Positions 1 through 7,396 of a stretch of DNA of 43,995 bases are shown in pieces. A program made the translations under genes and the position numbers. This DNA is from an uncultured Chloroflexota bacterium (GTDB lineage Bacteria > Chloroflexota > Anaerolineae > Anaerolineales > UBA4823). Numbering within the stretch: position 1 is the first letter of the stretch; each line of letters starts with the position of its first letter. The DNA lies in NCBI GenBank assembly GCA_903871905.1, contig CAIQIV010000237.1, forward strand, positions 1 through 43,995, given 5' to 3'. The notes under the pieces were generated by a model, which saw nothing but the letters and a program-made list of their open reading frames with translations, did no database searches and was not told the DNA's origin.

Positions 1-1
1 C

Positions 2-1198
2 GATGAGGAGTGGGTGGAAGCAGTGCGGGAGCGCATTTTCCAGGTTGTAGCAGAATGGACACAGCGCTGCGCCTACCCGGTGGCCGCGCTGCTCAGCGGC
101 GGGCTGGACTCCTCTTCTGTGACCGCCGTTGCTGCCCGGCTGACCGCCCAGGACAACCGGCGCCTGGTCAGCCTGTCGGCAGTGCTGCCCCCGGACACGC
201 CGCCCGGCCTGAGCGACGAGCGCTGCTTCATAGACACCTTTTGCGGGACGCCAGGGCTGGGAATGGTCTATGTCACCGCCCCGGATGCCGGCCCGTTTGA
301 CCGCCTGGAAGAGCTGGTGCGCGGCGGGGACCAGCCACTGTTCACCTCCCGCCACTACCTGTACACCGCCTTTGCCACTGAAGCACGCCAGCGCGGGGCG
401 CGCCTGATCCTGGAGGGCATCGGTGGCGAGCTGGGACCCAGCAACCCCGGCAACGGCTACATTGCCGAGCGGGCGCGCCGCGGCGACTGGGCCTACGCCT
501 GGAGCGAAACCAGGCGCCAGATGCAGCGCCGCGGCGGCTCGCCATGGCGCAATTTCACCGCCCAGGCCGTCCTGCCCCTGCTGCCAGGCTGGTTGCAGCG
601 CGCCGCGCCGCGCCGCGGCCAGGTGAGCTTAGACCTGCTGGCGCGTACCCCGCTGCACAGGGATTTCGTGCAGCATGCCCTGGGGGAGCGCCTGCCACGT
701 CTGCTGCAGGAGGCAAAACAGAGCATGCGCGAAGCGCCGGACCAGCGCGCCAACCAGCTTAACCTGCAGCGCCTGGCCTGGGGCCTGCAGGGGAGTTCGG
801 GTTTCAACGATTACACGCAGGTGTGCCTGGCCTACCCTTTCTTTGACCGCCGCCTGTGGGCGCTGTGCCGGTCCGCCCCGGGTCACCTGAAAGTGCACAA
901 CGGCTACCGCCGCAGCCTGGTACGCCTGAGTATGGACGGCGTCTTACCCCCAAAGATCCAGTGGCGTCTGGACAAACAGCCCTTTGCCTCCGACTATCAC
1001 CTGCGCTACAACCGCCAGCGCCCGGCGGCGCTGGAACTGCTGCGCTCGATCAGACCGGGCGAGCCCGCCTGGGAGATCCTGGACCTGCCGCGCCTGCTTC
1101 ACCTGGTAGAAAGAAATGCCCAGGATAACCTGGATCAGCAGGCGCTGGGCCTGGTACCAACCGCCGTGTACATCGCTCAATTCTTGAAGCAGTTCTAA
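2..1198 (+). CDS. Lasso peptide cyclase (asparagine synthetase-like, C-terminal part; 5' end outside window)
   Basis: LLSGGLDSSSV PP-loop, EGIGGE, YPFFDRRL and LPPKIQWRLDK motifs of the Asn synthetase family. The frame is open from base 2 (DEEWVEAV...). Two lasso-type precursors lie 1.1 kb downstream. Confidence 0.85.
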   Translation, partial: DEEWVEAVRERIFQVVAEWTQRCAYPVAALLSGGLDSSSVTAVAARLTAQDNRRLVSLSAVLPPDTPPGLSDERCFIDTFCGTPGLGMVYVTAPDAGPFDRLEELVRGGDQPLFTSRHYLYTAFATEARQRGARLILEGIGGELGPSNPGNGYIAERARRGDWAYAWSETRRQMQRRGGSPWRNFTAQAVLPLLPGWLQRAAPRRGQVSLDLLARTPLHRDFVQHALGERLPRLLQEAKQSMREAPDQRANQLNLQRLAWGLQGSSGFNDYTQVCLAYPFFDRRLWALCRSAPGHLKVHNGYRRSLVRLSMDGVLPPKIQWRLDKQPFASDYHLRYNRQRPAALELLRSIRPGEPAWEILDLPRLLHLVERNAQDNLDQQALGLVPTAVYIAQFLKQF

Positions 1199-1226
1199 AC
1201 GCTGGAAACCCTACAGCCTCCCGCCC

Positions 1227-2183
1227 ATGCATCTCACTCCCACGTCCATCTACCTGGAAATTACCGACCTGTGCGCCTCGCGCTGCCCGATGTGTTACAC
1301 CGCCGGGCACCGGATCAGGGGCACGCAGGTGCCCCTGGAACTCCAAGAAACCGTCCAGATGCTCCTGGCCCCTGGACGGGAACTGGGCCTGCAGGGACTG
1401 ACCATCAGCGGCGGCGAGCCCTTGCTGGCGCCGGGGCTGATGGAAACGGTCCGGGCTGCCCTGGACCTGGGGTATTCCATCAACCTGCTAACCTCCTTGT
1501 TTCCCCATTCCCCCAAGAAACTTGAGCCGCTGCTGTCGCTGATGGACAGCCCGCGCCACCAGATCGTCGTATCCTACGACTCGCTCAAGCCGGTCGAGGT
1601 TAAGCGGGTGCGCGGCCGCGGCTCTGGCGAGCTGGTGACCGCCAGCATCCGCTGGCTGGTCAAAAAGCGAGCGGAGCTGGGATCACAGGTACGCCTGTCC
1701 AGCAACACCGTGCTGCAGCCGGCTAACGCCGGATCACTCCTCAACACCCTGTCTTTCTTGCTGGATGAGTTGGGATTTGACCAGGCCATGGTGCAGCAGC
1801 GCCACGACTATACGAAAATCTCCCCAGACGTCATTCTGCCACAGCCAGCCCCACTCCGCTCACCGGCTGAGATCCAGCTCCTGTCCCAGGCGGCGCGCCA
1901 GGTCTTCAGCCTGGCCGAGACCGACCCACGCCTGGCGCCGGTCTGTGACAACCTGGAGGATTGGCTGCGGTTCTTGAACAATCCCCCTACGATCCAGAAA
2001 ACCTGCCAGGCTCTGTCCCATGCCTTTATCGATGCCTTTGGCAATTACCGAGGCTGTATTCACGGCGTCGTGCTGGGCAGCCTGCGGCGCACCCCGCTAG
2101 CAGAATATTTGAACAGTGAACCTTACCTGGTGTTTGCCCGCTTCAGCCAGGGCTGCCACCTGTGCACCCATTCCTGTTCATGA
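1227..2183 (+). CDS. Radical SAM protein with C-terminal SPASM/Twitch-like Cys cluster
   Basis: ITDLCASRCPMC (CxxxCxxC), ISGGEPLL, and C-terminal C-x16-C ... CHLCTHSC. Confidence 0.9.
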   Translation: MHLTPTSIYLEITDLCASRCPMCYTAGHRIRGTQVPLELQETVQMLLAPGRELGLQGLTISGGEPLLAPGLMETVRAALDLGYSINLLTSLFPHSPKKLEPLLSLMDSPRHQIVVSYDSLKPVEVKRVRGRGSGELVTASIRWLVKKRAELGSQVRLSSNTVLQPANAGSLLNTLSFLLDELGFDQAMVQQRHDYTKISPDVILPQPAPLRSPAEIQLLSQAARQVFSLAETDPRLAPVCDNLEDWLRFLNNPPTIQKTCQALSHAFIDAFGNYRGCIHGVVLGSLRRTPLAEYLNSEPYLVFARFSQGCHLCTHSCS

Positions 2184-2244
2184 ATCCAGGGATCTGTCTT
2201 TTCTTTGTATCTTTTCTCATCAACGGATAAAGATAACCAATTTG

Positions 2245-2253
2245 TGATAGAAT
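2245..2253 (+). promoter_or_regulatory. Putative extended -10 promoter for the precursor genes
   Basis: TG-A-TAGAAT (TGnTAnnnT) in an AT-rich gap, 25 nt upstream of the AGGAG RBS of precursor 1. Confidence 0.45.
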
Positions 2254-2288
2254 CAATCATCTTTTAATCCCTTCCTCAGGAGATTGGT

Positions 2289-2465
2289 GTGCAGGAAATG
2301 AAAGATAATCCGAAGAATAATTTTGAGCATCCTTGCCCTTATCATTCCCCGCAATTGAAGGAACTTGGTGTTCTGGTTGATTTGACCCTATCATCGCCTG
2401 TCCTCGACAAGGACACTGACGGAGGCCAACTACCCAACGTTTATACATCAGCACCAGTGTCATAA
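2289..2465 (+). CDS. Lasso peptide precursor A1 (58 aa; not in ORF track)
   Basis: Manual translation from GTG after AGGAG (2278-2282): MQEMKDNPKNNFEHPCPYHSPQLKELGVLVDLTL|SSPVLDKDTDGGQLPNVYTSAPVS*. It has the YxxPxL..G....LT leader, Thr at -2 and Asp8, and is paralogous to A2. Alternative start is ATG 2298. Confidence 0.9.
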   Translation: MQEMKDNPKNNFEHPCPYHSPQLKELGVLVDLTLSSPVLDKDTDGGQLPNVYTSAPVS

Positions 2466-2517
2466 ATTGGATGGACCCATCCCTTCTCATAATTCTATAT
2501 CTCAACAGGAGACGCCC

Positions 2518-2694
2518 ATGAACAGCACACAAATTCACCCAATTAACAGTCGTGAACATCTGCAGTCCTACCATGTACCGCAAGTCAAGGATCTTGGCTC
2601 TCTCGTCGACCTGACAAAATCTGGCCCAATCCCAGTACTTGAATTTGACGGCGGTATCCAGTTTCCAAATGTGTATACCTCAGGACAAGGTTAG
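2518..2694 (+). CDS. Lasso peptide precursor A2 (58 aa)
   Basis: AGGAG RBS before ATG 2518. MNSTQIHPINSREHLQSYHVPQVKDLGSLVDLTK|SGPIPVLEFDGGIQFPNVYTSGQG*, with leader motif, Thr at -2 and Glu8. Confidence 0.9.
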   Translation: MNSTQIHPINSREHLQSYHVPQVKDLGSLVDLTKSGPIPVLEFDGGIQFPNVYTSGQG

Positions 2695-2715
2695 CCTGCC
2701 TGGCGTCACAACTGG

Positions 2716-2755
2716 AAGAGGATTGGATTGGCGCTAATCCAATCCTCTTTTTTTT
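2716..2755 (+). terminator. Intrinsic terminator after the precursor genes
   Basis: AAGAGGATTGGATTG-gcgc-TAATCCAATCCTCTT hairpin followed by a T run. Confidence 0.85.
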
Positions 2756-2793
2756 CAAGTTCCTCTAGGGGAGTAACCTGAAAGCAGGTTCCG

Positions 2794-3786
2794 ATTACCC
2801 ACTCGCCTTTTATCTACCGCATCTTTGGCCTCCGGCTGCACACCGACCATGCTCTGCCCCTGCTGCAGCCCGGAGACCCGCAGACGCCGCCGGACCTGTT
2901 CCTGACCCTGGCGGGCGAAGCCCCTGCCCCGGCTGCCTGGAGTGAGATGACCTGGCAGCCCTATCCTCCAGGACAGCCTGGCAGACCTTTTGTTTTCGTA
3001 GCACTTGACAGCCAAGGAACCTCAGTACACATCACCCTGGGAGACGAGAAGAACTTCTCCGAATTCTATCTCAGCCTGGGCCGCCGCCAGGCTTATATCC
3101 GCTGGCGGAGCGAGGCGGATTCGCCTGAGGATGCCCAGTGGGGCATGTGCCTGCTGCTGATCGACCGGGCATTGCCGCTCTGCCTGCGCCTGGACGGGCG
3201 GCCGGTGCTGCACGGCTGCGCCGTGGACTTCAGCGGCAGGGGGGCGGTGTTCCTGGGCGAATCTGGCGCCGGAAAATCCACCCTGGCTGCCGCCAGTCAT
3301 GCCCTGGGCTTCCCGGTGCTGTCCGAAGAGGCGGTGGTATTCAGCCACCAGGATGGGATCTGGCACATCCAGCCCGGCGCCCCGCTGGTGCGGCTGCGAC
3401 CTGGGGGCCGCCCGGCGCTGGCGGAAGCTGAGCAAGAGCAGCTCAAGGCGCTGCCCTGGATCGAAAAATTCCAGCTCCGCCTGGATAGTGCCCCCAGGGA
3501 GAAAGCTGCTGCGCAGCCAGCGCAGGCCGTCTACCTGCTCCAGCGCCAGCCTGGCCTGCTCACCCCACGGATTGAAGCGCTAAGCCAGGCAGACGGGCTG
3601 AAGATCCTGCTGGAGCAGCGCTACGGGCTGGCAGCCGCCCCGCTGGAACTTGGCGCTCACGAGTTCTCCACCTTCTCCAGCCTGCGCCGCCAGGCAGCCC
3701 TGCGCCTGCTGCACATGCCAGACAACCTGGCCGCCCTGCCGCAGGTCGTGCAGGCTGTCGCCGCCGATCTGCAAATGCTGGCATGA
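2794..3786 (+). CDS. HPr kinase-like serine kinase (lasso-cluster kinase); start uncertain (ATT 2794 or ATG 2947)
   Basis: LHGCAV...FLGESGAGKSTLAA...VLSEE motifs of HPrK-like kinases. The in-frame upstream segment reads YRIFGLRLHTDHALPLL, which resembles the family N-terminus. Confidence 0.8.
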   Translation: MTHSPFIYRIFGLRLHTDHALPLLQPGDPQTPPDLFLTLAGEAPAPAAWSEMTWQPYPPGQPGRPFVFVALDSQGTSVHITLGDEKNFSEFYLSLGRRQAYIRWRSEADSPEDAQWGMCLLLIDRALPLCLRLDGRPVLHGCAVDFSGRGAVFLGESGAGKSTLAAASHALGFPVLSEEAVVFSHQDGIWHIQPGAPLVRLRPGGRPALAEAEQEQLKALPWIEKFQLRLDSAPREKAAAQPAQAVYLLQRQPGLLTPRIEALSQADGLKILLEQRYGLAAAPLELGAHEFSTFSSLRRQAALRLLHMPDNLAALPQVVQAVAADLQMLA

Positions 3787-4733
3787 GCGCCCCCCCTTCG
3801 CTCTCCGTGGTTACCACCACTCACAACGGCGAGCGCTTCCTGCCCACGGCGCTGGCAAGCATCCTGGACCAGTCTTTTACCGATTTTGAATACATCCTGG
3901 TGGATGATGGCTCAACCGATGGCACGCCTGATATCCTGGTAGACTACGCCAGCCGGGACGCACGCATCCATCTCATTCGGAATGATCAACCCCTGGGACC
4001 AGGAGGGGCGCTCAACCAGGCCCTGCAGGCTGCTCGCGGCCGGTATGTCGCCAACCTGGACCACGATGACCTGGCCCGCCCGGCGCGCCTGGAAAAGCAG
4101 GCTGCTTACCTGGACTGGCATCCGGCGGTGGGGGTGCTCGGCGCCTGGGCGGAGGTGATCTCCGCCGCGGACAAAGTGGTGAAGACCTGGAAATACCCCG
4201 TCCGCCCGGCGCTGGCGCACTGGGGGATGTATTTCTCGGCGACGGTGCTGCACTCGGCTGTCATGGCGCGTCGGGAGCTGCTGCTGCAGGCAGGCGGCTA
4301 TTCAGCCTACCACCGCTTTACCGTCGATTACCAGCTCTGGCTGCGCCTGCTGTGGCAGACTCAGTTTGCCAACCTGCCGCACTGCCTGGCCGCTTACCGC
4401 ATCAGCCCGGAGCAGGCCTCCATGCGCCAGGCTGATCTGCAGCACGGGCAGGTGATCCTGGCCCAGCAGGCCGCCCTGGGTCGCCTGTTGGGGAGAAGGC
4501 CGGATTTACAGGCCGTGCTGGACCTCACCCTGGCCCGCTCCGGGCGCCGGCTGCGGGACGCCGCCGCGGTGCGCAGGGCAGCCCACCTGCTGCAGCGCGC
4601 CGCCCTGGCTTACCGCCGGGCAGCCAACCTGTCCCCCGGTGACCAGCAGCGCCTGGCGCTCGATCTTGCCCGCCGCATCTCCCGCCTCAAGCCAGAAAAA
4701 TCCGCTTTGCTTGCCGGTCAGAGTGGTGCTTAA
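3783..4733 (+). CDS. Glycosyltransferase family 2
   Basis: SVVTTTHNGERFL, VDDGSTDGT and LDHDD (DxD) motifs. The start overlaps the kinase stop (ATGA). Confidence 0.9.
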   Translation: MSAPPSLSVVTTTHNGERFLPTALASILDQSFTDFEYILVDDGSTDGTPDILVDYASRDARIHLIRNDQPLGPGGALNQALQAARGRYVANLDHDDLARPARLEKQAAYLDWHPAVGVLGAWAEVISAADKVVKTWKYPVRPALAHWGMYFSATVLHSAVMARRELLLQAGGYSAYHRFTVDYQLWLRLLWQTQFANLPHCLAAYRISPEQASMRQADLQHGQVILAQQAALGRLLGRRPDLQAVLDLTLARSGRRLRDAAAVRRAAHLLQRAALAYRRAANLSPGDQQRLALDLARRISRLKPEKSALLAGQSGA

Positions 4734-4734
4734 C

Positions 4735-4758
4735 AAAAAAGCGGGCCTGGCGGCCCGC
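4735..4758 (-). terminator. Intrinsic terminator between convergent GT2 and iorB
   Basis: GCGGGCC-tggc-GGCCCGC hairpin with an A6 run on +, i.e. a U tail on -. Confidence 0.7.
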
Positions 4759-4764
4759 CATCTC

Positions 4765-5403
4765 TCATCCTAAACTGACGCTCTCCCGCCCGGCCAGGAA
4801 CGCCCGGCGGTTGAGTTCGACATACTTGGGCGGCACGCGCTCGGTGATCACCTTCAGCCAGGTGTCCTGCGTCGCCACCGGCAGCGACCAGCGCTCCGCG
4901 CTCATCAGGTTGCCGCTCTCCACTACCCGCGACAACGCCCCCAACAGCACCACGTTGGCTACCTTGGGGTTTCCCAGCTCCGCAGCGATCGCCCCGCCGT
5001 TCACATACGCCGTGTGCGGGGTCACCTGGGCCAGCACGCCGCGCAGCGTATCGTCGTCCGGGTAAGCCTGCCCACCCGAGGTCACGGTGACCGGCTCAAT
5101 CGCTTCCATGTTCACCAGCGCCAGCGCCCCGGGGCGCAGGTACTGCAGGTAGCGCAGTGCTTCCACCTTCTCAAAAGCCAGCAGCACATCCGCCTCGCCG
5201 GCGCCGACCAGCGGAGAGTACACCACCCGTCCCCAGCGCACATAGCTGGTCACGCTGCCGCCGCGCTGCGACATACCGTGCACCTCGGCCTGCTTGGCCT
5301 GGTAGCCGGAGGCCAGCCCCACGTTGACCAGCACATCACTGGCCAGGATCGTCCCCTGGCCGCCAACCCCGCTCAATAGAAAGTTCAGAATATCCTTGGA
5401 CAT
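4765..5403 (-). CDS. iorB: Indolepyruvate ferredoxin oxidoreductase beta subunit
   Basis: MSKDILNFLLSGVGGQGTILAS...EVHGMSQRGGSV, directly downstream of iorA. Start reassigned to ATG 5403. Confidence 0.92.
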   Translation of the reverse strand: MSKDILNFLLSGVGGQGTILASDVLVNVGLASGYQAKQAEVHGMSQRGGSVTSYVRWGRVVYSPLVGAGEADVLLAFEKVEALRYLQYLRPGALALVNMEAIEPVTVTSGGQAYPDDDTLRGVLAQVTPHTAYVNGGAIAAELGNPKVANVVLLGALSRVVESGNLMSAERWSLPVATQDTWLKVITERVPPKYVELNRRAFLAGRESVSLG

Positions 5404-5414
5404 CTTGTTCCCTC

Positions 5415-7223
5415 TCAATTCACCGGCGCCATTTGCTCTTCTGGCCGGAAGGTGATCGCATCCCGCGGGCAGATCTGGGCGCAGATCTCGCAGCCCGTGC
5501 ACATGCTGGCGTCGATCAGCGCCTTGGGCCGCTGGTAGCGCTCGTCCAGCTCTTCGCTCTTGAGGATCGCCGGGCAGCCGATGCGGAAGCACAGGGCGCA
5601 GCCGTTGCACTTTTCGTCGATCACATCCAGCGGCACCCAGCGCTTGCGAGCATCGGGCAGCAGGGCGCACGGCTCCACCGTGATCAGCACCGAGGGCTCA
5701 TCCAGCTTGAGGAACTCTTTGAGCGTTTTTTCGATTTCTTCTACCTCAAAAGCCGGGACAGATTTGACGTGCTTGATCCCCAGGGCGCGCACCAGCGGCT
5801 CCAGCTGGATCTCGGTGGTCATCTGCCCCTGCAGCGTGCGTCCATTGACCGGGTTGTCCTGGTGACCGGTCATCCCGGTCACGCGATTATCCATGATCAC
5901 CGTGACCACCGGACTCTGGTTATACACCGTGTTGACCAGCGCCGGGATGCCGGTATGGAAAAAGGTCGAGTCGCCGATCACCGCCACGAAGCGCTCGGGG
6001 CTGCCGCTGCGCGCCGCACCGTGCGCCACGCCAATGCCCGCCCCCATGCAGCCGGTGGTGTGGATCGCCGACAGCGGCGGCACCAGGCCCAGGGTGTAGC
6101 AGCCGATGTCGCCGTTGACCGGCACCTTGAGCTTGTGCAGCACGTAGAAGGTGCTTCGGTGCGGGCAGCCAGGGCACAGCACCGGAGGCCGGCTGGGCAG
6201 TGGCGCCAGTTCAAACTCCGGCAGGGGCACATGCAGTTCCGCCGGCAGCAGCCCGGCGCGGATGGCGCTCTCGCGCACCACGCGTTGGTCCAGCTCCCCA
6301 ATCAGGGGAAAAATGCTCTTGCCTTCCACCGAGATGCCCATCAGCTTAACCGCTTCTTCGATAAACGGATCCAGCTCCTCCACCACGATCAACCGCTCCA
6401 CCTGGCTGGCAAAATGCTCGATCAGCTTCCTGGGAAGCGGCCAGGTCATCCCCAGGTGCAGGATGGAGGCGTCGGGGAAGACCTCTTTTGCATACTGGTA
6501 CGCCACACCGGCGGTAATGATCCCCAAGGATTTATCCCCCATCTCGATGCGGTTGTAGGGGAAGGTTTCCGCCATTTCAGCAATATCCAGCATGCGCTGC
6601 TCGATCACCGGGTGGCGCTTGATGGCATTGCCGGGGACCATGACGTACTTCTCCGGGTTGCGTGGGAACTTGCTCTGCGCCGCGCAGGGCGGCGGGTCCA
6701 CCCGCTCCCCCAGCTCCACGGCGCTGGTTGAATGGCAGATGCGGGTGGTCATGCGCAGCAGCACCGGGGTATCAAAGCGCTCGCTCAATCCAAAAGCAGC
6801 AATCGTCAGGTCCTTGGCTTCCTGGCTGTCGCTGGGCTCAAGGCACGGGACACGGGCAAACTTGGCAAAGGTACGATTATCCTGCTCATTCTGGCTGGAA
6901 TGCATCTGCGGGTCATCGGCAGTGACGATCACCAGGCCAGCCTCGATGCCGGTCATGGCCACGTACATAAAGGCATCCGCAGCCACGTTCAGGCCAACAT
7001 GCTTCATGGAGGAAAAGGCGCGCTTGCCAGCGTAAGCCGCGCCAATGGCCACATCGACAGCCACCTTCTCGTTCGGCGCCCACTCGGCGTAGACATTAGG
7101 GAAACGGGCAAAGTTTTCCAGAATCTCCGTGCTGGGTGTGCCGGGATAAGCCGAAGCCAGCGCTACCCCTGCCTCCCAGGCGCCGCGTGCCACGGCCTCG
7201 TTGCCGGAGAGCATACGAATCAT
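5415..7223 (-). CDS. iorA: Indolepyruvate ferredoxin oxidoreductase alpha subunit
   Basis: LSGNEAVARGA, YPGTPSTEI, LCPGCPHR, GDIGCY and GDSTF (TPP) motifs, plus a C-terminal 2x[4Fe-4S] ferredoxin. Confidence 0.95.
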   Translation of the reverse strand: MIRMLSGNEAVARGAWEAGVALASAYPGTPSTEILENFARFPNVYAEWAPNEKVAVDVAIGAAYAGKRAFSSMKHVGLNVAADAFMYVAMTGIEAGLVIVTADDPQMHSSQNEQDNRTFAKFARVPCLEPSDSQEAKDLTIAAFGLSERFDTPVLLRMTTRICHSTSAVELGERVDPPPCAAQSKFPRNPEKYVMVPGNAIKRHPVIEQRMLDIAEMAETFPYNRIEMGDKSLGIITAGVAYQYAKEVFPDASILHLGMTWPLPRKLIEHFASQVERLIVVEELDPFIEEAVKLMGISVEGKSIFPLIGELDQRVVRESAIRAGLLPAELHVPLPEFELAPLPSRPPVLCPGCPHRSTFYVLHKLKVPVNGDIGCYTLGLVPPLSAIHTTGCMGAGIGVAHGAARSGSPERFVAVIGDSTFFHTGIPALVNTVYNQSPVVTVIMDNRVTGMTGHQDNPVNGRTLQGQMTTEIQLEPLVRALGIKHVKSVPAFEVEEIEKTLKEFLKLDEPSVLITVEPCALLPDARKRWVPLDVIDEKCNGCALCFRIGCPAILKSEELDERYQRPKALIDASMCTGCEICAQICPRDAITFRPEEQMAPVN

Positions 7224-7331
7224 GCAACACCTCCAAACAGAAATGGGAATAGTCCTACCCCCTGATTATATGCGCTCCCGCCCTGCACTTTCCAGTGCCG
7301 TTTGTACTGTTTCTTCCCTGATATTTTGGAA

Positions 7332-7373
7332 TAAAAAGGGAGATTTTGCAGAAAAACCACGGCAAAATCTCCC
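7332..7373 (-). terminator. Intrinsic terminator after the lyase gene
   Basis: GGGAGATTTTGC/GCAAAATCTCCC 12-bp inverted repeat with a U run on the minus strand. Confidence 0.75.
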
Positions 7374-7396
7374 CCAAGAAGACAGTCCGAACCGGA

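Noticed and set aside
2467-2517. N-terminal extension of precursor A2 in the ORF track
   Set aside because: The AGGAG RBS and the length match with A1 support ATG 2518.
2257-2583. Minus-strand 108-aa ORF (and internal MIGSNQ... 45-aa ORF)
   Set aside because: It is antisense to the two lasso precursors, which have RBSs and conserved motifs, so it is a shadow ORF.
5404-5670. Long N-terminal extension of iorB
   Set aside because: It overlaps iorA in another frame, and homology begins at MSKDILNF (5403).
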